Shown here in pieces: positions 37,352-48,350 of a stretch of DNA of 64,000 nt. Below the pieces are notes generated by a model. That model ran no database searches. It saw nothing but the letters and a program-made list of their open reading frames with translations, and was not told where the DNA came from. The stretch comes from Vicugna vicugna (taxonomy: Eukaryota), in NCBI GenBank assembly GCA_013265495.1, contig MU062367.1:682001-746000 (forward strand), written 5' to 3'. The translations under genes and the position numbers were made by a program. Position 1 is the stretch's first letter, and every line of letters starts with the position of its first letter.

Positions 37352-37847
37352 AATTTGTACCAGGGAAGCAACTTAAACCTAAGCCTCGTTTAGTCCCCTC
37401 CTGATGATTTAGGGGATGGGGAGGACCTGCCTGGGGAAGTGAGGGTCCTCTGATGTTGATTACTGTGAGCCAGCCTGTCCCAAGGGACGCTGTGCCTCAG
37501 GGAAACCCCCTTATCTCCAGGACCTGTGTGCCCCGCCCCACATGTAGTGAGCCGCTCTGGGGCTGGGTGGGCACACCTGGGAGAGGAGGACTGGCGGCGC
37601 AGGTAGGTCAGTCTACACCTGTTGTTATTCACGCCTCCCACCGACCCCGGCCAGGCTTGAGAACAAAGCTCCTGTTTCCCCGCCACATCAGCATTTCTTC
37701 TGCCACAGAATGGTCATGGAGTAATTATTTACACAGGATGATGGGGGTGGAAGAAGAAATGGTACTGATAGGGGCGTTTCTCTGGCTTATCTTCATCCAC
37801 AGCATCCTGGCCTCTCTAGCTGCTCCTCTCCACTCCCAGCCTCCGAA

Positions 37848-38221
37848 TCAGACAGATCCGCACGCCGGCCAGGCACCCATCACCTGTCTCTCAAAGGGGC
37901 TCTCGCTATGTCTGCATTTCTTTCTCAGATCCTTCTGCTTCCTTCTTACTTCTGTCCTCTTCAGCGTGAGGTTGAGAAGAGGCCACAGTCCCTGCTGGAT
38001 CATCATTTTACTGCTATTTACTTTTCCAGGTATAACTGGTTTAGCGAACCGTCTGAACCCAATGGGCACAGACAGAAGCAACTTTGTATTTCTCCTGCCT
38101 CTGCCGTCCAGTATGCTCTGCCTTATCCATGTCCCGCTTCTTGGCATCAAAAGGGACTGGATTGTTTCAGTGTTGATTTCCTGTCGTGATAGTGTACGAT
38201 CATCATGCAAAGTGTTAACTG
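37848..38221 (-). CDS. Candidate alternative terminal coding exon of PDE1C (124 aa: AVNTLHDDRTLSRQEINTETIQSLLMPRSGTWIRQ...RRKQKDLRKKCRHSESPFERQVMGAWPACGSV*)
   Basis: - strand acceptor ttcatacacccttcaccccttttcccccag|CAG|TT; phase 1 like the canonical last exon; frame open to TGA at 37850-37848. Connection to PDE1C is inferred, not shown. Confidence 0.45.
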
Positions 38222-38682
38222 CTGGGGGAAAAGGGGTGAAGGGTGTATGAACTCTCTCCAGTGACTTCTTACAGCTGCATGTGCACTCACAATGACCTCA
38301 AAATAAAAGTTTAATGAAAAGGACTGGAGATTGTCAAGTTCAATGCTTTTATTTGTCTGTTTTTATTTGTTTTATTTGTCTGGGTATAAAATTATATCTA
38401 ACTGCCTATAATAGGTGCTTTTTTCTTATAGAAGCAACCTCTGATTTAAGAGAGAGAGTGAGAGAGTGAGAAAGAAGCCCTGAAAAGTAAGATAAAAAAA
38501 AAAAAAAGCTAGAACAAATCATGTTTATTCCCACCTCATTAATTTTATGATGGTGCCCACATGGTGAATTTTTCATATGGCCTTTACGAAGTTTAACATC
38601 ATATTCCTTATATTGTATTTTGTATATCTCATTTTATATTATGCTTTTAAAATTAATAATTGAGAAACAGAAAAGCAGCCCC

Positions 38683-39245
38683 TGATACCGGGGAGCTGGC
38701 CTGACTCTCAGAGCTGGGCCTCGATATTGTCCTGCTGAACGTAAACAATTTCATGGAGCATCGGTTATCAGGCAGGGCCACTCTGTGACCGTGGTGGGTT
38801 GAGGCAAACACAGGACCAACCCATGGTCATGTCTGATCACAGGTGAAAACATGAACATTGTCCAAACCACAAAATGTCCAACCAAACATCCTCATCGTGA
38901 CTAATATGAGTGGCTCCTGCTTCTTTGCCAGTTACAGCTTCAGCTTGGGTCTAAAGCTACAGCTCCTCTCCTCTAGATAAGGTTGATTAAGATGCCCAGT
39001 CACAGAATTCTCTTTACTTCCTGACAGCATCCAATCCAGAGCCAAGCTTTACTTCCAAAACTTGGCCCTGAATCCTTGGTCACAAGCTCCCATCCTGTAA
39101 GTCCTTGCTAGCACCCCTTTCCTGGGACACCCCACGGTCCCCTGCGGGTGTGCTCCTTCACCACGATGAGCAGTAACCCTGGCTTGTTCCACGGCAGCTG
39201 TGTTACTGGTGGTCTTCTGCTGGCGGGCGTGGCTACGCGATGTCA
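38683..39245 (+). mobile_element. ERV1-class solo LTR (MER34/MER39-like)
   Basis: aaacaatttcatggagcatc...ggccactctgtgacc...aacatgaacattgtccaaaccacaaaa...ctaatatgagtggctcctgcttcttt...cttcctgacagcatccaatccagagc...ggtggtcttctgctggcgggc...tgtca. Confidence 0.75.
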
Positions 39246-41376
39246 GAAGCCTTCAGCTGTGCCAACACACATGCCTTTCAATCCTCCTTAATAGCCGCAC
39301 ATATTCCATTCAATGAACGTAGCATGGTTCATCGGACCCTCATGATGGAGCCTTCGCTGTTTGTCAGGTTCTCCATGTTATAAACAGTACTGTGATGTGC
39401 ACTTCATTACAAAAATATTTCTGGGTATTTCTCAGGTAAGATTCATAGAAGTAGAATTTCTGAGACAAGTAATGTGGATATTTTTAGGGCCCTAGATGCA
39501 TTCTGTCCGTCTCTTCATTTTACAGAGGAGGAAACTGAGGGACAGAGATGGAAAGTGACTTGTCCAAAAGTAAACAGACTCAAGACAGAGGTTTCTTATA
39601 AATGTGGGCTTTAAAAAAAAATTGAGACTACTATGAGAGATATGTGCATACAGTCAACCAATTTAAATGTTCATGTTCTGTCCATTTTGCCTAATTCATA
39701 ACAAATGAAATTGTAGGGCCCAGCGCAGGGGTGCAGTCCTCAGTCAGGCCCAGGATCTGGGGAAGTTCTTGCCCTGCAGGCTCTCAGTGGATAAGGATCT
39801 TTTCTAAGTGCTTTAGACACACAGGCCCTTTAGGCACTAATCCTACAGCCAGCAGCCCAGGGGAGCCCGGAGCTGCCAGCTGTCCTCTGGGAAAGAAAAC
39901 AAGCCAGCATTTCCCTCGTGGGGACAGACAACAAGATGCCCCCAGATACAGGCCAGCAGCCCACGGGCCGCTGGGCCGTTTCTCCCATTGGCTGAGGAGG
40001 GTCATTCTAGGCCAACCAAATCCCCAGAGCCTGGGAGATGCAGCGTTTGTTTTAACTGCTTATGCTTTTGAGGATGTTATTTTGAAAGTTAGTTCATAGT
40101 CTTTATAGTCAATTTTCTATTCTGAAGTTCTGGGATTTATATGAATTCCTTTCTGTATTTATTCCCTCATTCCTCAGGTGTTTTATGAATCATCCACTAC
40201 TTTCTGAGCACTGAGGGCTCAGAGGTAAAATCAGACAGTCTCAGGCTTCCCTGAGCTCACACCATCCCGGAGGAAGCCATCAGCAAATACCGATGACTTT
40301 CTAGGTTCAGTGCTAAATAAACGTCGCTCCTGGAGCCAGAAGAGCTGGGAGCAGGAGAGGCTGTGTTGTCAGCGAGGTCGTAGACGAATTCCAGAGGAGG
40401 TGAATTTGGCCTTGCTTTGGAAAAGGATGGAAAGGAGAGAGAGAATTTCAGAGCTGAGGACACCTGGATGCAAGCAAAGAGGGCTGGGAGCGAGCCGGTA
40501 ACAAGTCTTCCCGGTCTAGAGCCTGGGTCTTGTACCTGGTCGTCAGGTAGACCCGTTTCAGCTTCAGGCTCCACACCCCTGACTTGGGATCTGACCTCAG
40601 ACATGCATCTTTACCTCTTTGGTGTTTTGCTTCCTCACTGGAATAAAACAAATGATAAGTGCAGGCTTTGTTGGGTTTCTGTGAGGATTAAATGTGAAAA
40701 CGTATGGGAAAGCTTCTAGCCTTAGGCCTGGCAGGAAGGAGGCCAAAGTTACATTTCTGTCTTCATCCCGCTGGACAAAGGTCATCTTCCACGTGGGCCT
40801 CTCTGGGAAACGGCTGCCCCTGCCCAGAGAACCATGGTGGCGGGCCTGGTCTTGGATTAGCTTGAGCTCAGGGGATTCCACCCGTCCCTTCTCAGAGGCT
40901 TTGCTCTGGCAGGAAGGACAAATTTCCTAAAAACTCACCTCTTAACACACCACAAGCCTGCACAGAGTAGGCACCTGGGGAGGGCCCCGTGAGAGAAAAG
41001 AATATAATAAATCTCGAATTTCTGAAGATTCTTCCCTGTTGCATGACGCTTCTTAAACTGAACAATAGCAGTCAATTTAATCCCAGCGATACTTGCAGAT
41101 TTTGAATCTGAAGTCCCGGTAGGTGATTCACCTGTCTCCCAGCAAGGCAGCGCGGCTCACACCAAGGCTGCTCCCCGGGGAACTCCAGTCCAGGATGCTG
41201 ACGGGAGGCCAGGCCCAAATCTTCAGCTAAGTCCAGTAAGGAAGGCGGGATCTGGCACGTGAAGGTGGCCTGGGCTCGGCAGAGGATCTCGGGAGATCTC
41301 CCTCTAATCCGGGATCCATGATAACAACATGAGACACGTTTTTCTGATTGAATCAACTTTGGGAAATGAATTACTA

Positions 41377-41558
41377 TTTTTTTTAATTGAAGTATAGTTG
41401 GTTTCCAGTGTTGTGTGAATTTCTGCTGTACAGCACAGTGATTCAGTTATACATATGTATCCCTTTCATATCCTTTTTCATTATGGGCCATTACAAGGCA
41501 TTGAATACAGTTCCCCCTGCTATCCAGTAGGACCTTGTTGTTTATGTATTTTATACGT
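41377..41558 (-). mobile_element. L1 3' tail forming the 3' half of a U6/L1 chimera
   Basis: Poly(T) then aattgaagtatagttgg...gtgattcagttatacat...cagtaggaccttgttgtttatgtattttatac, directly abutting the U6 3' end. Confidence 0.9.
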
Positions 41559-41559
41559 A

Positions 41560-41665
41560 AAAAATATGGAACGCTTCACGAGTTTTGTGTCATCCTTGTA
41601 CAGAGGCCATGCCAATCTTCCCTGGATCATTCCAATTTTAGTACAGGTGCCGCTGAAGCGAGCAC
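41560..41665 (-). pseudogene. RNU6: Full-length U6 snRNA retropseudogene
   Basis: The reverse complement reads GTGCTCGCTTCAGCGGCACCTGTACTAAAATTGGAATGATCCAGGGAAGATTGGCATGGCCTCTGTACAAGGATGACACAAAACTCGTGAAGCGTTCCATATTTTT. About 14 differences from U6 by eye; the ACAGAGA box and AGC triad are mutated. Confidence 0.97.
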
Positions 41666-42104
41666 TGGGAAGCAAAATATTGTCAACTGTCCTCAGGACC
41701 CTTCTGTAGAGAGAGCATGCAAACGTCATTTGAGAGCACAAGTCCGCATCTGGGGAGGACGTGTGGTGCACAGGGAGCTTTGGACCTAGACCCACGGTGT
41801 GACTAACAGCTCAGTCATTTACTAGCTATGTCTTCCGTGGCAAGTCACTTACCCTCTCTTAGCTTCAGCGTCTTCATCTGTAAAAACAATCTGCTTATAC
41901 TGTTTTTCCAGGCTGATGTGATAAGTAGTTGAGATCACACACTTAAAGCCTCGGGTTCCCCTAGACATTGATTCAGTCTTAGTTCGCCTCCTTCCCGTCC
42001 CCTTCCTCTCGGTGTCTCTTGTTTACACCAGTTAAGTGGTTCATCAACAGATGCTATGCTGCACAAACTCACACGTGTGTGTGCATGCACACCATGCACA
42101 CTCA

Positions 42105-42126
42105 ACACACACACACACACACACAC
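42105..42126. repeat. (AC)11 microsatellite
   Basis: Direct reading. Confidence 0.95.
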
Positions 42127-42794
42127 CCACTGATGTCAGATTTTCAGCTCAACCAAAACAGTTCAGGATTGCTGACCTCCAATCTCAGTTCTTGGGTTCA
42201 GTTTCTGCTCCCTTCACGCTAATTCCTCCTCAGCCCCATTCACCAGGTGAAACAGCGTATGAGAGCTGGACGAAAAAGAAAATGGCACTGCCGAAGAGGG
42301 GAGGAAGCAGTAAATAAAGGAAGCAACAAATAATAAAATATCCTGGTAGGTCAGAAAAGCGAATGACTCCATCAGAAAATGCAAGGAGATTAGGGAGAAT
42401 AAGATGAGAAAATCACGGGCAGGCAGATCGTGGAGGGCCTTGCAGGCCATGAACCTTCGTCGTCCCATCAATGGACAGCCTTGGAATGGCCTGACAGGAG
42501 GGGCCGGCGCTGTGTGGGCCGTGTTTCGCTGCACCCTGGGGGTGGATTGGGAGTCCCTGAGGGAAGCAGGTCAGGGAATCGCGGAGCACAGGTCAGCAGC
42601 TGGCTAAGCCCACAGGAACCCGCAGGACCCTAAGGATGGGAAAGAAGCCTCAGGATCAAGGAGTGGTTAGTTTAGTTCTTTTCAGAAGCTCCAGGCGGCG
42701 GGAAATCACCTCCTGATACAAGTGAGCACAACGTCGTTTTGGGGGGGGGGTGGCACTTGTTGATAAGCAGGCAAGATATTTCCAGGAATACCGT

Positions 42795-42970
42795 TTTAAA
42801 AAAATGTCTAACACCTTTATTGGTGGCATGGCTCCTGTACGGTAAACTACACATATTTCAGATGTACACTTTGATGAATTTTGATAGATGTACACACCAA
42901 TGAAACCACCACCACAATCAAGATGGCCAACATTTCCATCAATTCCCAATTTATCCCTTTCCACCCAGGA
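42795..42970 (-). mobile_element. Old L1 (L1MB/MC) 3' terminal fragment
   Basis: gtaaactacacatatttcagatgtacactttgatgaattttgatagatgtacacaccaatgaaaccaccaccacaatcaagat. Confidence 0.75.
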
Positions 42971-43524
42971 ACACCTTTTTCACAATACCCCAGGCATGGT
43001 GCCAACTTTCCACATCTTCCACCAAGTTAACCTCTTGCTACCGAGCTGATCCAACCCCTGTTCTGGCCGAGGGAGAGGGGAGAGGAGGTTAAGGAGGACA
43101 TCACTTTCCCTGAGTGACGATTTTGCATTGTTTATTTTCCCAGAACACCACACCTCCCTCAATTCTGAATCTGATGAAGCAAAGATTACTCAGAAGTGAC
43201 TCACCCTGGTGGAGGAGGAAATGTTGATGAAAAGAGTACATCAACCCGAAGACTGATGGCTTCACAGTGAGCACGCCCATGCAGCTGTTCCCACACCCAC
43301 CCAGATGTTCCCGTTCATTGCGTGAGAACTGGAAGCCCAGATGTGGGTGCTGGAGGAGGAACTTTGGTATTTCATTTTCCTAAGACATATACCTGGGGAA
43401 GTTCCTCCATCCTAAACCTTGTCTCTCACCTGGTTTTATTCATCTTATGGTGGTACCAGTTGAATTATGACAAGTAACTGATTTTAGGCTGTTTTTGAGG
43501 ACCTTGGTCATTTTGGTCTCCAAC

Positions 43525-43900
43525 TGTGAGGCTTGATTTTATGGGTCAACTTGGGTAGGCTAAGATGTTCAGTTGCTTGGTCAAACACCAGTTTAGGTGT
43601 TGCTGTGAAGTATTTTATAGATGTGATTAACATTTAAATTGGTAGACTTCATGTCAAGCATTGCGTGGGCCTCATCCAATCAGTTGATGGCCTTGAAGAC
43701 AGGGATTTCCCCAAGAAGAAGAATTTTAGCCTCAAGACTGCAAAATAGAAACCCTGAGTTGCCAGCTTACCAGCCTGCCCTGCACATTTCAAACTTGCCA
43801 AATCCCACAATTGCATGAGCTAATTCCTCAAAATCTCTCTGTCTCTGACACTCTCTCTCTCTTATTGGTCCTGTTTCTCTGCATAACTCTGCTGAATACA
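43525..43900 (+). mobile_element. MLT2D-like ERVL solo LTR
   Basis: TG...CA termini (tgtgaggcttgattttatgggtcaacttgg ... ctgaataca), gggcctcatccaatcagttga, cttattggtcctgtttctctg; 5-bp flanks ccaac/cccac (4/5 TSD). Confidence 0.88.
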
Positions 43901-45320
43901 CCCACACACACAATTCTTCATTCCCACAATATGTGGTTAGTCCGTTTTAGATTTAACACTTAATATGGCTAAAATCAGTCATGGTGAACTGTAAACCCAA
44001 GGGGCACCCAGGGGATTAATTGGTGGAGGTTCTTGGGTCTGACTCTCAAAGAGAGGGTTTGTCAGGAGAAAGGAGGACTGCTGGCTTAGGTGGGTGGGGA
44101 AGGTGATTTATGTTGGCACTGAGGTGAGATTGGGAGGTGGTTCTATTACTTAAGGGAAAAGTGTCAGGCTCCGCACTTGGAATTTCCACCTTTAAGAGAA
44201 AGCCCTTCCATAGCTTGGGTTGTCCTAAGGGAAGAACGAGAAGAGTTGGCATTCTGTAGATGTCCATTTGCTTTTGTTTCTAGATGAAAGGAAAAGGTTC
44301 TGTCTCAGTGGACACATAAATATTTATAAAATAAATTGACTTATGATGCCTAATGCACCACGTCTCCAATGGGTAGAGAATGTCTACTCGTCTTCTCCTA
44401 AGGGCTCTTTTCCAATTACCTGGATAACATCTGAGCCCCACAATTAAAGAAGTGACACTGGGCAGGGAGTTCTACTCCTGGTGATGGTTTTTGGAAGCTG
44501 CTGTCATTTGCTGAACACAGTGGACAGTTGTGGTCACTCCTCTGTGGAGGGGATGGTGGCAGAGAACTGCGGTGGGATGACAAGGATGCCTAACTCACAG
44601 AGAGCACCCACATGCGGTACCTTCTTAAATGTTCTTAATTTCCCCCCGGGCAGAGAGTAGCTGTTATGATTCCCATTAAACAGATAGAAAGACTGAGGTA
44701 CAAGGAATCAGGTGACTTGCCCAAATCCACACAGGTCGTAAGCAGTTGCCCTAGAACTGCAATCCAGGCTTTCGCTTTGAGTCCTTCTCTGTTGCTACTT
44801 CTGTCCCTGCCCTCCTGGAATTCCACGGTACAAACATCTCTACTATGCATGCATCCTCTTAAAATGACTGCTAAAACAGTGGTCACCAAAATGCTTCTAT
44901 ATAAAAATGGTTTGGGTGTCAAAGAAGTAATAAAATCTCCACCCACCCCACCCCACCTTCACCCCCTGGAAAATGACTAAGATGCTTCCAAAAAGCTTTT
45001 ATTGCATAGCTCTTTACTGAGCAGCTCCTATGAGGAGGCACTGAAGGATCTGATGCTGAAAAAGATGCAGCCCTGTCCTCTAAGAGCTTGATCTTCTGGG
45101 GGAGCTGAGATGTATGTAAAGATCATTAGAATCACAGATATTCTATCTGCATGACCTTAAAGGTTAGTCCACGTGGTCCCCTCTCTGGTCAGAAAAAGGC
45201 CTCAAGACCTTGGCAACCTGCCGGGGTCACAGAGTAATCTAGAGAGAGAGACTCTCGGCTCCTAGTTCGCGCCTCCGCACTGCTGTTCTCTAACACAAGG
45301 CAGAGTGCATTAAAGCCACG

Positions 45321-45700
45321 GTTCCCAAACTGTGCACCGAGGAGCTCTGGGATCCCATGGGATATTTTAAATCTCTGAGGGAAATACAGCCATGCTTGGG
45401 ACCTGCCAGCCTCCATGTGAACTATGAGTTCCAGGCCGTGCACAAGTCCAGCGTGCACTGAATTTCCTTTTGATGATGGCATGTCTTTTGGAAGCTGGGG
45501 TTTTGACTGCTGCTGTGCTCAAGGGCGAATATCACAAAAAAAATTGCTGCAGGACAGGAAATGAGGCTGGTGTGTCCAAACTGATTCTACGGTCTGAGGA
45601 GTTGTGTGGGGCTGCGGTGTGCATACATCCTGCTAGTAAGTCACTGTGGATGTTTAAGAATAAAGTAGAAACATTACAGCTTTCTTCTGATTTATGTGCG
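45321..45700 (+). mobile_element. hAT-Charlie relic (Charlie4a-like)
   Basis: cacggttcccaaactgtgcaccgagg...gggatattttaaat...gaagctggggttttgactgctgctgtg...caggaaatgaggctggtgtgtccaaactgattc...agtaagtcactgtgg. Confidence 0.75.
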
Positions 45701-45776
45701 ATATAATGGTTTGATGACTCCTAAGCCGTCAGAACACAATTCTTAACAAGCTGTTTTGACCTAACAACTTCAAAAA

Positions 45777-46528
45777 TGGAAATTAGGAGTTTAGGAGTCT
45801 GGGATTAACAGATACACATTACTACATATAAAATAAACAACGAGAACCTAGTGTACCACATAGGGGACTATATTCAAGTTCTTGTAATGAGCTGTAGTGG
45901 AAAAGAATCTGAAAACATATGTATGTCCATCAACGGATGACTGGATAAAGAAGAGGTGGTATATTTATACAATGGAATACTACTCAGCCATAAAAACCGA
46001 CAACATAACGCCATTTGCAGCAACATGGATGCTCCTGGAGAATGTCATTCTAAGTGAAGTAAGCCAGAAAGAGAAAGAAAAATACCATATGAGATCACTC
46101 ATATGTGGAATCTAAAAAACAAAAACAAGAACAAACAAAGCATAAATACAAAACAGAAACAGACTCATACACATAGAATACAAACGTGTGGTTGCCAAGG
46201 GGGCAGAGGGTGGGAAGGGATAGACTGGGATTTCAAAATGTAGACTAGATAAACAAGATTATACTGTATAGCACAGGGAAATACATACAAGATCTTATGG
46301 TAGCTCACAGAGAAAAAAATGTGACAATAAATATACACATGTTCTTGTATAACTGAAAAATTGTGCTCTACACTGGAATTTGACACAACATTGTAAAATG
46401 ATTATAAATCAATAAAAATGTTAAAAAAAAAAAAGAAAACATATGTATGTATGTATATGCATAGCTGAATCACTTTGCTGTACCCCTGGAACTAACATTG
46501 TAAATCAACTACACTTCAAATAAAAAAT
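45777..46528 (+). mobile_element. Older cetartiodactyl-type L1 3' tail (45777-45926 and 46451-46528) split by a younger L1
   Basis: gggattaacagatacac...ggaaaagaatctgaaaacatatgtatgt | atgtatatgcatagctgaatcactttgctgtacc...aatcaactacacttcaaataaaaaa is continuous once the insert is removed. Confidence 0.85.
45927..46434 (+). mobile_element. Young 5'-truncated camelid-type L1 with poly(A) and perfect 16-bp TSD
   Basis: Encodes an intact ORF2 C-terminus (CPSTDDWIKKRWYIYTMEYYSAIK...MRSLICGI*, stop 46113-46115) plus 3'UTR and A12 tail; TSD gaaaacatatgtatgt at 45911-45926 and 46435-46450. Confidence 0.93.
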
Positions 46529-46627
46529 ACTATTTTTAAAAGCTGGAATAGGAATTTCTTTTGACCTAGAATCCTGAGAAGAAACTGCTGAGACAATGAG
46601 AAAGTTTGGGGAGCTCTGCAGATTAAA

Positions 46628-46787
46628 GCTTTACCACTCAAAGTGTGGTCCCCGCAACCAGCACCTCTGGTGTCACCGGGGAGCACGTTAGCACTGCAGA
46701 CTCCTCTGCCAAGGCCAAGTCAGAACTTCCTTTTTCACAAGAGACCCAAGGGATCCTTACACACTTGATTCACATTGAAAAGCACTG
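46628..46787. mobile_element. MER5A/B-like hAT MITE
   Basis: ctcaaagtgtggtccccgcaaccagc...ggagcacgttagcactgcagactc...cacattgaaaagcactg. Confidence 0.7.
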
Positions 46788-47349
46788 TTTATTTTAAGAA
46801 TCCTGAGGGCAGTTTAAGCAAACGGCCCAGGCCTGCTATCTCTTCATCAGACCGCACAGGGTGCCTCCGAGGGGGACAGAATTCAGATCCTGCCCCGACG
46901 CTTACAAGCTATGGATCTTGGGGAGCAGTACGAACTTTGAGCCCCAGTTTCCTTACCTGCCAAGGGAGAATGAAGGCTGATCCTGCCTCTTCGAGGTGAT
47001 TAAATAAAGATTCAATGAGATCGTGCTTACGAAGTAGAATGCCTGGCCCAAGGCAGATAAATAAACAATGGCTTCTTTTTGCTTCCTGGGTCTGTGGCTC
47101 TAGGGCAGGTGATTTGGCTTCTTTTTCTACCGCTTTTAGAGGTCACAAGTGCAGCAGAAATCGAACTGATGATCGAGCCTACTACAATAGCCAAAGTAAA
47201 GAAAAACACACACTCTCCCCGGGTCTTGAATCAAGTGTGCTGCAGGGAAATGTGTATAGACTTGCCCTAGGGATTTCATTGTGTTCCTACAATGAGGGTA
47301 AGTTCTGCAGGCCGGCCCACAGGCGGAGAAGAACTTGCTGTGGGCAGTT

Positions 47350-47890
47350 TTGTGAGTGTGTGGTAAGTACACAGAACAAAGCAATTACCCTCTCAACCAT
47401 GCTTGGGCGTCCAATTGAATGTTTTAAGTATATTTGTGTTGTTGTGCAAAATCCATCCCCGTAACTGAAGCTCTGTAATCAAGTACATAAAAGTGGACTC
47501 ATACAGTGTCTGTCTTTTTTGTGATTGGCTTACTTGACTCAGCATAATGCCCTCCAGGTTCATCCAAGCGGTAGCCTGTGTCAGACTTTCCTTCCTTTTT
47601 AAGGCTGAATAATAGCCCATTGTGTAAATACACCTCATTTTGTTTATCCCTTTGTCCATCTATAGACACGTGGTTATTTCCACGTTTAGCTATTGTGACT
47701 AATGCGACTATGAATATGGTGTACAGATACCTCTCCAAGGCCCTGCTTTTGATTCTTTTAGGTGTACACCTGGAGGTGGAACATCTGGACAGTATGGTAG
47801 TTCTGTTTTTAATTTTTTAAGGTACCACCTTATTGTTTTCTGTGGCAGCTGTACCATTTCACATTCCTACCAGCAGCGCCCAAGGTGTGG
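47350..47890 (-). mobile_element. L1MB-type LINE-1 3' fragment
   Basis: gattggcttacttgactcagcataatgccctccaggttcatccaagcggtagc...ccttcctttttaaggctgaataatagcccattgtg...cacattcctaccagcag. Confidence 0.88.
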
Positions 47891-48316
47891 GGTTTGTTTT
47901 TAAGTTATTTTTCAAGACCACCATGAATGAACGACCTTGTCTGATAGACAGGGACACATTCTCCCCTAAGACTGTGATCTCCCCAAGCGGGGACTTAGAT
48001 CCACTGCACACCTAGGGCAGTGCCTGGAAACTAGAAAGGCTCAACATTTGTGTGCTGACTTAAATGGATTCTCTCCATTCTTTTCTAGCCTGAGGGTAGC
48101 TTTTCTTCCTACACAGCACCTCCACCTGCTGGAGAAATAGTCACATTGCTGTTGCCTGGCTAATGTTAGTGCCCAGCGCTAACATTGATTTGGAATACTC
48201 AGAATTTTGTGATCCTTTATACAGGCTGAAGTTTATTTTTTGCTTTATAAATTTTTTTCCTCAAAGATAAAAATGTAATAGAGTTAATATTATGGGTACA
48301 CAAAAAGAATTTGTAG

Positions 48317-48319
<3 letters not shown>

Positions 48320-48349
<30 letters not shown>
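48320..48349. repeat. (TG)15 microsatellite
   Basis: Direct reading. Confidence 0.95.

Positions 48350-48350
<1 letters not shown>

Noticed and set aside
37453-38250. Longest ORF in the track (265 aa, + strand)
   Set aside because: No recognisable domain; Leu/Phe/Pro-biased because it is the antisense read of a purine-rich - strand segment; no promoter or splice support seen. Better explained as a shadow of the candidate PDE1C exon.
41560-41665. U6 as a functional snRNA gene
   Set aside because: The ACAGAGA box and AGC triad are mutated, it is fused to an L1 tail, and no upstream PSE/TATA was recognised.
45897-46115. 72-aa ORF as a host gene
   Set aside because: It is the terminal fragment of L1 ORF2 in a 5'-truncated insertion.
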